A DNA stretch of 64,000 bases from Octopus sinensis (Eukaryota): NCBI RefSeq assembly GCF_006345805.1, contig NC_042997.1, forward strand, positions 147,312,001-147,376,000. Direction: 5' to 3'. Of this stretch, positions 11,350 to 25,129 are shown one piece after another. Position numbers and translations under genes: made by a program. The notes below the pieces were generated by a model. The model saw only the letters and a list, made by a program, of their open reading frames with translations. It did not search any database and was not told the DNA's origin. Numbering within the stretch: position 1 is the first letter of the stretch; each line of letters starts with the position of its first letter.

Positions 11350-13163
11350 CTGTAACGAAGTAAATATTGGTATTTATGATTGATATTGACAATATATTAT
11401 CCCTCAAATTTCTAACTTGATATTGTAGTTTTATTTGAACTTTTGTCTTATTTTGGACGTATTTTACTTGCAGATGAAGGTTGGTTCCAAAATTTAGGAG
11501 AATGATTCAATGTGTGTTAAGCGAATACTGTCATAAGTTAATAAATTTATCTACATCTGTGGATAGCATGCTTTTTTTTCTTTAGTGTATTTCGTTTCTT
11601 CATATTCTTCTATCTACTGTGTCTAGAGGGCGATGCTTGTGTGCTTCTTAGAACAGAGTATATATTACTTAGTAAATGTTTTTCACTTTCTAATTTATCT
11701 ATTTTCTTCTGAAACTGTATAATTTCTGCTCCTATATTTTCAATTGTTTGGACTACTTTTTTTTTTACAATCAAGTTTTTCTGTAGTTTTATTTTTGTAT
11801 ATACGGAGAACAGGTTGTCTGTTTAAAAATGTATTGAAAATACGACTATGTTCTAATTTAATCATTTTTATTAAAGTTTTCTCGTGTCTTCTTATCAGAC
11901 CCCTATAGTTTGCTTGGAAAAATCAAATTCTCAAATTCATATTTATCACTATTTCAAGGCAATGTCAGCCTCATCGTCAATGTGAAGTGGTTTTTACTTC
12001 TGTGTAACCATGTATGTATGTATGTATGCATGCATGCATGTATGTATGTGTGTATGTATGTATGAATGTATTTGAGAAGATATCAATGGCACGCATAAAC
12101 AGTACACAGAATAAATGAAGATAAGACTTTCATATAATAGAAATAGTATCATAGACAAATAAAATATGAAGAAAATACTCTGAACAAATTTTATCTTTGA
12201 AAGCAAATCTTTGGGGAAATCCAAAAATAATACTGCAAAACCGAAAGAAAGAAAAAAAAAGAAAGCATTACCACATATAATGACCATATCGCAAACGCAA
12301 GTTTGAAAAGAAAACACTGATAAAAGGAACAGTTGATAAAATGATGACGTATAGACAATAAATTACGAATAAGTATATTTAACACATGTGATGGAGAGAT
12401 ATTGAAAAAAAAATATGACATTGACATTTATTTCTGATTAGGTAGAAAATAAGTCATGACTCAAGAGAAATAACGAAGAAGAACAAACAATATCCTTATA
12501 TTTATATAGAAATATATGCGTATAAATACATTCTAATTCGTGCACAGAGCAACACACATCAAAACGCGTCTATGAATGATCGTATGTAAGTATACGCAGA
12601 GACGCGTGCACACACTTATGTATATTCAATGATATTATTATGCCGTAGAATCTAAGAAACCTTGCTGAAAGGAAACACTATCCACTCGAAGTTCAGTAAA
12701 AATGTGTAAAGGTGTCTTAAAATATTTGTAGCCTATTTATTTTTTATCTCTTTTATTGATTTGGTGGAGTGGAATAGACTGTATCCATGGCCTTCGCAGA
12801 CCCCCAGAGACCACTAAGATCGATGCAGATAACGTTGCTCTTGAACATTTGCGACGCATTTTATCTTCATTAATTGACCCATTTCCTAGTTGCAAAATGT
12901 GTTTTCAATAGGGCTGCGATAGCTAAAATATCTTTTTAATTCCCAGAGCTAGCACGGATGAGTACCTTTGATGTCTGTCAGAATTTGCCAAATGAAGAAA
13001 AGTGCGCAGTACAGAATGTTACTTTCACAAATTAATGTTTTCTATTATGATTCTACTAGAGAATATGGTAATTATAGAGGAAGTTTTTCGTTTTCTACAG
13101 TATAAAATGTCTTCAAACAGAATTCCATTTGCTCATTTAGCAAAACTTGTGTATTTTAAAATC

Positions 13164-13560
13164 ATATGTCAGTCGCAATGTGGTTTTAGAGCTTCTAACA
13201 ACAGTACAAATGATATGATATTCACATCAAGGCAATACTTCTAAAAAGTATATTGAACGACATCAAGTGTATTGACCTAACAAAGGTTTTCAATATGGCC
13301 AATAAGCGTTTTGGATGATATTAGAGAATGTCCATCTAGATTTTTCAACTAATGTATCTGAAAGGTCAATTTGTTTTCAGTGTATCACTTTCTCGTTTTA
13401 CATTTGGTAAAGGTATAAAACAGATTTACATAGATGTCCCTATACACGATGACGATCAATATTTCATGTTTTTCAGCGATAACAGGTCGGGCTCTCTTTA
13501 TTGTATAGAATTCCAAGAAAAACTATTTGATTTGCAGCGATCAAAAGTATGGTCAAGTGT
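13164..13560 (+). mobile_element. ancient RTE-clade LINE RT remnant
   Basis: ICQSQCGFRASNNSTNDMIFTSRQ matches RTE ESQCGFR..RST.DMIF..RQ. Downstream: IDLTKVF (DLxKAFD), FGKGIKQ (GVKQG) and KLFDLQR (KLFNLRR). Many stops and frameshifts. Confidence 0.6.
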
Positions 13561-14036
13561 CGTCGTTACACAACATTTTTAGTTCGAATGTCTATCGGTA
13601 TCACTTTTACTTGCAGGAAAATGGGCTGGTCGGACATATGTATACATCCCGCCTCCACTACGCACATCACCTCTTCTCCAAAACCCGTTAGTTCCACCAT
13701 TTATCCTTCCTCTGCTTATACATTTCCCCTTGTGCCTTTCTCTTGAGAGAGAGAGAGAGAGGCACTCTTATGTATTCACAAAATACCCTGCCTCTTCCTT
13801 TCTTAACTCTTTTCTATAGAATCGCATTACCACTGCATCGTTTATCCTTTCATTTTCTTTACATTATATAATGTACGAAACGTCAGAAACCAATTTCCCT
13901 TTAATTTTCAAGCATGGGACTTAATAATACCTTTGTGGAAACTTGTCCCTCTTTTACTTTTTCTCATTTTTCTTGCTTTTGCTCATCCATCACATACACA
14001 CCATACACATGCACACATTTTTGTACGCATGTGTGT

Positions 14037-14076
<40 letters not shown>

Positions 14077-15388
14077 GTGTGTGTATGAGGATTTGGTTGT
14101 CCGATCAGCTTCTGAATCATCGTCTAAGATTTTAAGCATCTCACAGATGATCACAGACGCGTATGCTTTTAACGTAATTCTCAGGTAGAATCAGAATGAC
14201 AGAATATTTGACATAACAGTACCTTTGAATTGCAATCAGACGCTATGCAACGAGTTTTGTATAAGTTTCTGTTGACTTACGTAAAGTAGGCGTAATATGG
14301 TCAAATGGTTGAAAAGTTTGTTTCGCAATTACGAAGTTCCGGAATCGTTCCCATTGCCTGCCAACTTGGGCAAGTGTCATTTTCAAAGCCGCAGGTCGAC
14401 TCATCGCATCCGAGTGAAATTGGGTAGAGAGAAACTGTATAGACGTTTTTTCGGTACATTGTACTAGTAATGTAAAATCTACGCACTTGTCATACACTGT
14501 ACCATGTTGATTCTCTCTGAGAATTACATTAAGGTTAAACTTGTTTGTGGAATACTCAGCCACTTACACGTTAATTCAGGAGCAGGTATTTCAGATGATC
14601 GAACAAGTGAATCTTCATCATCGAATGTCGCAGATCCATTACCACCTCACACACACACACACATCTTAATACGTTCGTGTACACTCGGATGTGGAAGAAC
14701 CTTTCTCTGCGGAAATAATCACGAGGGAAAATACTCTTCATAAACAATGTGTCAAAGCATATTACACTATGAATGAGGTTATCGTAAGACGACTGTTTTT
14801 CTATTTCGATATGCATCATCAACCACCGACACCGAATTTGTCGTTCATAGCTCACCGAGTACGGTCGGTCTCTTATATTAACAGCAAACAGTACATTTGC
14901 TAATGTGAATAAGGTTTAGTAAAGCGGGAATTAATTAACCAGAAGCGCATGAAATAGCGCTGATGGAATATAGGTATATGTACAATTATATTAACACGCT
15001 AATCTAACCTCTGACGTGAGAAGACCATTCGATGCGGAAATATTCTCGAAGGGAAAGAATTCTCATATATGTATAAAGAAATGCATACATATTCACCAAC
15101 ACATACACAGAAACACACGAATACTCATAGATATACATATAGAGTCAACAGATGAGATCAAGAGAGACTCCGTATGGAAAACACTTATTAGCGCTCAAAT
15201 AATTCGAACTTACACTCTACTATCTTCACCGAGGACCAAGTCAGCAGGGTGTATATATATATATTTATACTTGATTGTACATCATCTGAAAATTTGAGTC
15301 TGCCTTCTCTGTTTACATGTATACATGTATATATATTTTGTACATTAAACCCCAAGATTATGTCTGTTTATTTGAATCATTGTCCCTC

Positions 15389-15420
<32 letters not shown>

Positions 15421-15735
15421 TGTATGTATGTATGTATGTATTATGTATGTATGTATGTATGTATGTATGTATGTATGTATGTGTGCTTCTTTGTGCGCGT
15501 CTATATGTGTGAGTGTGTTTGTGGGTTCCGGCTTTTGTGTAAAGCAATTCCTTTTATGATACCGTAGTTTCCTTCAGTTGTTACGAGGTGGCTGGTTCAC
15601 TTGCCCAAGAGTAGAAGGGATGAAATGGTGTGCATATTTGCTCGCGACAACACAGAGACCTACAACAATTATCGATACTATGCTCTATGTTACGGAATCA
15701 TCCTCAATTCCAAGCGACATTCTTAGGTTTATATA

Positions 15736-15793
<58 letters not shown>

Positions 15794-16809
15794 CGTGTGT
15801 GTATGTTTACATACGTGTACACACCTGCATAAACACATATACAACGGTTTCAGATTCGTCCAAAATTGAAACCGATCTGCAGAGGGCACCTGCATCACAT
15901 AGCGATCTACTTGCTAGAAATAGCCATCAAATCTCTCTTGTGAAACTTTATAATATATGCACAGATCATGAATATAATATCTTTGACAATTTGTCCTCCT
16001 GATAGAGGTAATTTGGGAGGAAACAGAAAAAGATGACTACAAATTGAAACACATCTAATAGTTATAATGGAATTTGAACAGGGTTGTTTATGAACATATT
16101 TATTTTTATTATTTGAACGAACTTCCGACATGGCTGCGAGAAACCTGTAATAAAAAAAAGGCAATTGCTTACTATGATGGGATTTACAAATGGAAAGGAA
16201 AGACACACAAAAAATCTAATGAGCAGCCTCCCTCAAAATAATAAAATGATCGAAGCCAAATTCACAAGATGTTACTAGATGTTGATAATGGTAGTAGCTA
16301 GTCGGTTTGATGTGATTGTCGGCCAACTGTCTGGAGCCTTGTTAGTTCGTAGATCGTCACAGGAAACCCGCCGCGTTTATAGATAACGAATATAAATTTC
16401 GAATGCCGCAATCCACTTAACTGCAAATAGGTATCAGGATCAAAAGCAATGGATCATTACCTGAATTAACGAGAGCAATGTATAACAGATGAGAGTTCGT
16501 TCTTGCAGCTCATAAACTTGCAAGATCTGTTTTCAGACACTGACATAGGTATAGCCTGGCGCAGAATAGTCTGTAAATAGGTTGAAATAGGTGACTGGCA
16601 GACTATCGTTTATTGATTATCACTAAACCACGTCTTTCTGCATCCAGTAACACCCCTACCATCAATTTTCTTTCCAATCACCACCACTAACAACTCCGCC
16701 ATCACATCAATAACAACACATCACCATCACTTCAGTTGCGTGGTGGTTGCTGCTGTTATTACCATGGACATCTTTGCGAAAATACATTTCGTTTTATGAG
16801 AGATTTCTC

Positions 16810-16846
<37 letters not shown>

Positions 16847-17764
16847 ATATGTATGTATACGTTAATAAAATTAACTCGGGAAATTGGAGGACATATTCAT
16901 TTTATATTTTTATTTTATCAAAAATGAATTCATTGTTAGAACGAACAAAAAAACAAAAAGAAAGACAACAAAACACAAAAATATAGAATACGAAAGAATG
17001 AAAAATAAAACCAAAAATCAATAATTATTGATTCTATTAACTTTCCTAAATTCACGTTCTTTATCATTCCTTTTCCAAAAACCATATCGTTTTATATTCA
17101 GGTCAACATTCTTTTTACAAATTCATTCTGCTAATGTAGCTTCAATCAAATCAAATTTTAACTGCATTTTATTTTTGTCTCTTTCTTCTTTACATTATTA
17201 TTGTCTCACAAAATCTTAATATTTCTCAGTACGGATTTATTTCTCAAGAATTTGATAGTCAATCAATCAATTTAACATATTTTGTTAATTTCTTTTCCTT
17301 TATCATTTTTCTTATACTAAACTCTTTTATATTTTCCTTTTTTTGGTTTGTTTCCTCGATTTTGAAATGCTTTTCTTTATGTTTTTGCTTGTTTTATTCT
17401 ACTTTTTTTTTAATGTGACATGTGGCAGTGTCCTTTCAATAAAATAATTAATTGTTTTCTTTCTTTAAATCTTTTAAATCTTTTGAGAATGACCCCTCTC
17501 TCTCTCTCCAACGCATACATTACATATATACATATATACATCTATACATAGATTATATACATACACACTTATATTAACTTATATGCATATATAAGCACAC
17601 ACACACACACGGACATACACACATAGACACGTGCTCGCATACATATATGTATATTCCCCACACCCACACACATACATATATATACTTGTGTATATACATG
17701 ACAATATACACCCATATATATATATATCTGCATGCCCTATTATGTATATATTTGTGTCACTTCA

Positions 17765-17809
<45 letters not shown>

Positions 17810-17932
17810 TAATATCAGGGTAATAAAGGGTTTAGAAATGTTTACTACCTGTGGCCTAGCGAGTAGAAAAATTTGTCAATAGACTAAATAATATTCATAT
17901 AAATACAGTGTACATTGTATATATATATACTT

Positions 17933-18323
17933 TGCCCAAACGACCTGAACATTAGCTTCAAGGTTCATCCAAGACTGGGACTACGGGCCATACGTACCCT
18001 GCCCAATTCGAGATCACAGCATACATGTACACTGCAACATAATTTCTTTTCCTGAACAGGCCCTTCCCTATTTAACATTGTCCCGAAAGAGATCAAAGAG
18101 GAAAAGGATCCCATCAACTTTAAACGGAGTCTGGATAGATTCCTTCAAGGAATACCAGATATATACACACTTATATTAACTTATATGCATACAACTCACC
18201 CAACAAAAACTCACTACTTGAATGGACCATAAACAAAACCTGACTTAAACATGATTTAGATAATCCTATCAGGTGGTGCTATTAAGTTAGATATGGCCTG
18301 GACCAATCTTTGGTCGAAACATA
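17933..18323 (+). mobile_element. 5'-truncated CR1-group LINE 3' end
   Basis: Translates ...HPRLGLRAIRTLP...*TGPSLFNIVPKEIKEEKDPINFKRSLDRFLQGIPD, homologous to GPQLFNILPK...FKTKLDLFL.GVPD at 60357..61472. The 3' UTR has the GGTGC...ATGGCC...GAAAC motif. Confidence 0.8.
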
Positions 18324-18737
18324 TACTCTTTTACTCTTTTACTTGTTTCAGTCATTTGACTGCGGCCATGCTGGAGCACCACCTTTGGTCGAGCAAATCG
18401 ACCCCGGGACTTATTCTTTGTAAGCCCAGTACTTATTCTATCGGTCTCTTTTGCCGAACCGCTAAGTGACGGGGACATAAACACACCAGCATCGGTTGTC
18501 AAGCAATGCTAGAGGGACAAACAGAGACACACAAACATATACATACACATACATACATATATATACATATATACGACAGGCTTCTTTCAGTTTCCGTCTA
18601 CCAAATCCACTCACAAGGCATTGGTCGGCCCGGGGCTATAGCAGAAGACACTTGCCCAAGATGCCACGCAGTGGGACTGAACCCAGAACCATGTGGTTGG
18701 TAGGCAAGCTACTTACCACACAGCCACTCCTGCGCCT
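18324..18737 (-). mobile_element. tRNA-derived SINE family 2, full length (CORE-like CTTGGGCAAGTG; possibly OR2-type)
   Basis: Minus-strand head AGGCGCAGGAGTGGCTGTGTGGTAAG...GGTTCAGTCCC and tail GACTGAAACAAGTAAAAGAGTA. Same family as 24316, 26422 and 44159. Family name is from memory. Confidence 0.85.
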
Positions 18738-19384
18738 ATCTAAGTTTTATCTAAGCTTTATATATATGTATATGAAAAAATGTATAAACAATTGACGTAG
18801 CGTATACTGAATGTAAAAAAGAACGGGAGACAAACAGAAGGTCCGTAATTCTTCGTCAGTTATCCACCAACTGGTAATATTCAGTTTCGTACCTTTATAG
18901 TTAAGACTGAGTGCTTCCCAATTGGCGGTGCACGCAAAAAGATTTCTTGCGTAGAATTAGGGACAAGAGCAAAAAGAAAAAAAAAACACACAAAAAAACA
19001 AGCAAACGACACAGAGTGTGATTTAGGATGGTGGAGTGGGACGAACTGTCGCACAAAATACGGCCTTGGGGCCAAAGAGATGAGAATAGAGGGTAACGCT
19101 TAGAAAATGTCTTGAAGGATGGAGAACGGAGAGAGAGAGAGAATTTTGCAACTGGTCAGCTACGAGACCAGTCTAAGAAATATATGTCAATATATGCATG
19201 TGCATACAAATATATATATACAGGAAGAGGAACTGGCCGCTGGTCACGTTACAGTAGCTGGCAGAGAAGAAAGACAACAAGGAGAGGGAACGACAGAGGA
19301 AAAACAAGGAAAGAGACGAAGGGGAAGGAGAAAGACTAGGAATACAAGAGGGGGAGAGAGACAAGGAGTAAGTAAAAACACATG

Positions 19385-19423
<39 letters not shown>

Positions 19424-19538
19424 CATACATAAGCGCGTACATATCTTTACTCACACAGATAAAGGTAAATCTTCCTATACATAGTTATGTATATATAGGT
19501 ACACCGACATATACAGATATATGTAATATATGTATATC

Positions 19539-19600
<62 letters not shown>

Positions 19601-19606
19601 ATATAT

Positions 19607-19836
19607 ATTTCTTTACTGCCCACAAGGGGCTAAACACAGACGGGACAAATAAGGACAGACGAACGGATTAAGTCGATTATATCGACCCCAGTGTGTAACT
19701 GGTACTTAATTTATCGACCCCGAAAGGATGAAAGGCAAAGTCGACCTCGGCGGAATTTGAACTCGGAACGTGACGACAGACGAAATACAGCTACGCATTT
19801 CGCCCAGCGTGCTAACGTTTCTGCCAGCTCGCCGCC
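19607..19836 (-). mobile_element. SINE family 1, full length
   Basis: Full head (GCCAGCTCGCCGCC at 19823-19836 on plus) through the ATTTCTTTACT tail. Confidence 0.85.
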
Positions 19837-19867
19837 TTTTCGACTGTTTAGGTAGGCGGAATTGGTA

Positions 19868-19958
<91 letters not shown>

Positions 19959-21048
19959 TTGTGTGTGTATGTATGTATATTTATTTAAATAGAGACTTAT
20001 AAACACCTGTAGATACAAAGAATGTATGTGTGTGTGTGTGTATACAAGACCAAAATATAAAAATATATATGTACATACACATAACTTCACTCACTCTCTT
20101 AAACGCATATATGAGAAACTATGCTATTTCGTTATTTACCAAAAACATCGGCATTAAATTTCTATCTTCTCATTTCTTATTTCCTCTGACTAAATATTTA
20201 AAAAGCTGGAGATAAAATAAACAATATACTTTATGATGTTATGGAAATAAATCTTTGAGCATAGTGTATTTTATTTTCGTCTTACCTTCTCGTCCTAGCT
20301 AAAATTGAGATTAGATATAAAATATAAATTCTACTTCTCATTACAACCGCCATATTAAATTGATGGTCTAAACGTCGCCTTCTTCTAATAATCTTTATAT
20401 AAAGCTGTGAATCTTTTCAACAGAAGGCAGCATATTTAGATATTTAATCTATTAATATGAAGTCCGTTTTGTGTAATCCTATTGCAGATTGGAGAAAATC
20501 CTGGATGGCGACATTTTTCTTGAATAGATTTAGTCTGAAGACAATGATAGAAGCTTTGGTTACAACTCTTATAACGCATAAACTGATTGAGCAATTTCTT
20601 TCACAAGCACAAGAATCAGAGATTTTAGAAGCGTGAAAATTTGTTCAGATGTTAATTCCTTTACCATTAGTATTAGATCTAGTAATTTGTGCGTGGTTAA
20701 CATGATTTCAGGTTCGGTTCCCGTGCATGTTGGACACATATCGCAAATATATCACAAACGATGTAATATACGTTACAACTTTGAAGTAGAAAAGAATTTG
20801 AACATTTCAGTGGAAACAGTCACGAACAGATGAAATGTCAACCAGCTTAAAAGATAAGGTTAGTGAGAGAGGAATGCGACTAGGAAACAGCGTGGAGGTT
20901 ACGAGTGTTAGTAGAAGGATAACATTAAGACTGAGTAGAAAAAATGGATCAGCAACAGATCTGAAAAACTCTGAGAGGAGCAGTGTGTATACGTATCTCA
21001 CTATATACATGTAGGTATATATATGTGAGTGTGTGTGTGTGTGTATAC

Positions 21049-21088
<40 letters not shown>

Positions 21089-21105
21089 TTATATATATAT
21101 ATATT

Positions 21106-21137
<32 letters not shown>

Positions 21138-23705
21138 TGTACATATATATATAAATATATACATACGTATATATATATATTATATATATACTCTGATCTG
21201 TCCCCTTCTCTCTCTCTCTCTACTTCTCCTTTTCTCTTTTCTTGCCTCTGATTCTTTGGTCTACTCTTCCCCCACTCTCTCACATTTCTCTGTCCTCACT
21301 TTGCACTCACAAGCCAATCCTTGGCATGCACTCTTTCTTCTCCCCTCTTTAATTCCTTCTTTCTCTCTTTTCTCCCCCTTTGTTGCCTTCGTCCCTCTTT
21401 TTCTCTCTCTCTTTGTTTCCTTTGCCCCCTTTCTTTTCTCTCTCTTCTCTCACGTGACTGCTGGTCAAATCAGCCCTTTTGGCCTCCGACCACTGCCGTG
21501 AGAACATCGTTGTCTTCGTCTGCCGATAAAGGCATTTTTTCCAAATACGCCAGCTAAGCTTGTTGTACTGTTTATTAGTCGTAAGACACCCGCTGTTTTT
21601 GTCCTGTTTTTACTCTTATTATTTTTTGTATTTTATATTCGTGTGGCATCGTCCGTTTTTCTGTCCCTGTTTCGTATACATTCGATCCTTCTTCCAAGAA
21701 ATCTAATGCTCATAGCTTAGTTTTTCCTTGGGGCTGGCCGGATCGGAGCGATCTCAAGATTAATCAGCCGAAATTGCTAGGATGATCCGGTTCTTGACTG
21801 AAGATTGAAGGCTTCGAATGTCCCGTCCATGTTTTTTGTATCGTCTCCTAAATGTCTTACGTTCTTGTCCCAGTTTGTATTTTTCTACATATAATATATA
21901 TTTATATATATATACCTACATACATATATGTATACACACACACACACATACACATATATATTTATATATATATATAGATAGATAGACATATATATGTGGA
22001 TATATATATGTATGTGCACATCTATGTACAGCATCCCCTTTATATGTACATCTTATGTTCATCTTTGAATTACACTAGAACTTTCACTTCATTCAACATT
22101 TATCAGCCAGCCCGCTGTGAAGGAAGGAGCGGAAAGGGAAGCCTTGCCGAGATTTCGATCCCTTAAACTTTTTCATTCGCTTATTGTGCATCTTGGCTCA
22201 TTTTCTCATTGTACTTGCTATGAATCTTATCAGTGGTCTATAATTCTGTTTGACCTTTTTGACATTCGTGTTAAGGAGCTTCTGCTTAACACGGGAGCAG
22301 TTAGAGTTCAATTAGAAATGTGTACTGGTTACTACCTCTATCACCATCGCTCCGCCAAAATACTTTGTAACTATTACACAATAGTAACTAATAACAAAGA
22401 AACACGCTCGTAACTATCCACCTACATATATCTACACATATTGTAGAATATGTACTTGTATCGGTATAAAGATTCAATATAAATTTTTGCAAACGTTTTG
22501 TAAATAAACGCTTACATTTACATATTCTTTAAAAGCCTTTTTACATACACCTAAATAAAAGATGAGATGGTCACGGATAAAATGTGTTTAACTTAGATCT
22601 GTTCAATCATTGGTTGACCAGGGGATAAATAACATCAGTAAAAAACGGATCCTACTGTTCCCAATGCAAGTTTTCTGATAGTATAGTATTTTAACAACTC
22701 AGAACTGATGTGAAAAGATATCCAGGAATAGCACAAAAAACGTTGGCGTGACAATATTGTGAGATATAACTCTGCATACATTAGGCACAGTTATACAAGA
22801 CCAAAATATAAAAATATGTACAATGATCGATATGCCATGTCCTTTAGACAAACATATTGATCAAAGAAACTCAAAAGATTCTCAAAATATAATATTTGCA
22901 AATAGAGCTAGGAAGGATTTCAGGAAAATGATATTACTTTAGTCACGTAAGCAATAGGAGCGCTAATGTTAAGGAAAAACATACATGATATCTATAAAAA
23001 AACAGAAAATATAATCCTAACGTTCTCCATTTAACAGTGTCCAAGTCTTAGAAAAAATTCCGCCTACCTAAACAGTCGAAAACAAACATAAATGAAAATA
23101 ACAATAATCAGAATAACATACTATATACAAACGATGCTCATACATCACCTTTACTCGGACAAAGAGACAGTCATATGTCCTTCCTTTACTCTTCCTCCTC
23201 TTCTTTTTTTCTCCCTCTCTTTCTGTTATGCATAAGCATCTAGCACTATATTATTGGAATCAACGAGGGACTTTCTATATGGTCGCTCGAACGGTTAGAA
23301 ATACCAGCAAATTCTATCTCGAATAACACTCTGTTGTCTTAAAGTAGGACGAACATTTTAAATAATTTTAACCCTGAATATACTCCTAAAACTAGTACAG
23401 GGTCATAGCTGAAACGCTTCTAATCATTATTATAATTGACTAAGGCAGGTTGCGGTTAAGGAACGTAAACAGTTAATTTCGAATGCGATTAAAGGTGGGA
23501 ATTAATTGGGTTGGTGAACTAATGAGAGAGCCCACAAGCTAAAAGGTGAAACTGCTGGACGTAAAATCGTATTATTTTTTGGGTAGGTTTTACCCCTCGT
23601 ACCCTTGACCCCATATTATCATCAATCGCAGTAGACAAATACTGGGTAAGATTCATTCAATTAATATTTCTCAATAGGAAATTTGTAGCCTTGTGTAAAG
23701 CAATC

Positions 23706-24200
23706 AGTCCATGGCCACTACGACAAAGACGATGACGACAGTGATCCCCGCCACCACCACACCATCACCACAACAACGAAGATAATCATAAGCATCTTCA
23801 CCGTACGCCCTCTGCATAACCAGTACCAATGTTATCACAATCTCCACTTTTACACTTAATATTATTACCACCATTATCAACACCATCGCTACCATCAAAA
23901 TTGATATTCCTACCCCCAGCACTGCTAACCATGCAGCTACTACCACTACCCCGCCCCCACATTATTCTCACGACCAGGACTTCTATCTCTTTTAACATTC
24001 CATCACCACTATAATCACCACCACCTCTACGATTCCCACCAACCCTATCAGTACAATCGTAACCATCACCACCACCATCAATTCAATTAAAATCCTCACT
24101 GGCAGCGCTACCCACGCCTACCACTTCCACCATCACCACTACTACTACTAGCACCGCCACCACTACCATCACCATCAATTACACCAGCAATAACAATGAG
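23706..24200. repeat. degenerate (ACC/ATC/ACT)n trinucleotide low-complexity region
   Basis: Runs of ACCACCATCACC, TACCACTAC and similar; the overlapping ORFs are compositional artefacts. Confidence 0.75.
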
Positions 24201-24315
24201 GTCAATAATGAAACAACGGAGGTTCTATATGGTCGGTCCATCTGCTAGAAATCTTCAGATAAGAGATTATTGCTTTAAGAAAGAAATGAATAACATATTT
24301 TAAGTAGTTTATTAG

Positions 24316-24703
24316 AGGCGTAGAAGTAGCTGTGTGGTAAGTATCTTGCTTACCAACCACATGGTTCCAGGTTCAGTCCCACAGCGTGGCATCTTGGGCA
24401 AGTGTCTTCTGCTATAGCCTCGGGCTGACCAAAGCCTTGTGAGTGGATTTGGTAAACGGAAACTGAAAGAAGCTCGTCGTATATATATATGCGTGCGAGT
24501 GTGTGTGTGTCTGTCTTTTTGCCTCCCCCCCAACATCGCTTGACAACCGTTGGTGGTGTGTCCCCGTAACTTAGCGATTCGGCAAAATAGACCGATAGAA
24601 TAAGTACTAGACATCCAAAAATAAGTCCTGGGGTCGATTTGCTCGACTAAAGGTGATGCTCCAGCATGGCCGCAGTCAAATGATTGAAACAAGTGAGTAA
24701 AAG
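24316..24703 (+). mobile_element. SINE family 2, full length
   Basis: AGGCGTAGAAGTAGCTGTGTGGTAAG...CTTGGGCAAGTGTC...CCAGCATGGCCGCAGTCAAATGATTGAAACAAG. Confidence 0.85.
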
Positions 24704-25129
24704 AAAGTGGAATGGATGTGGCTGGAACGCTTTTACCGTATGTCTGCTTCATCAAAAAGCTGGCCTAGACACAATAGAAATAATATCAAAAACTTAGATT
24801 ACAAAATTAGAAAATGGAAGGCACTTTGAACAATGTGAACCTAAATACTATGCTATCCCTGAAAAATTAGCTGGATGGTCAAGGATAGATCATTGCTCAA
24901 TGTGATCAAAACTGAATTTCTATCGCCTTATCGTTAAATGATTTTTCTTCATTTGTGGTGGTGATATCATTGAATCGAGGAACGTACAGTTAATTGCAGG
25001 TATTTAATTTGGATCTAGGCACAAAGTCTCAGGAAAACATCACATGAATTAAATAGTATAGGAAAAATTAAATAGTATAGGAAATTGAATAGTATATCTG
25101 TCGTTCCAAAAAAAAAAAAAGAAGAAAGA

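Noticed and set aside
14243-14563. Minus-strand ORF as a piggyBac transposase remnant (MSR...W.RF...P...IT)
   Set aside because: Similarity is limited to scattered residues; no TTAA/TIR ends or catalytic motif recognised.
21798-21830. CTGAAGA...TTCGAAT...GTC as a hammerhead
   Set aside because: GAAT instead of GAAA, and no stem I complementarity.
23704-24014. Hydrophobic or Pro/Thr-rich ORFs resembling membrane or mucin-like proteins
   Set aside because: They arise from degenerate ACC/ATC trinucleotide low complexity.
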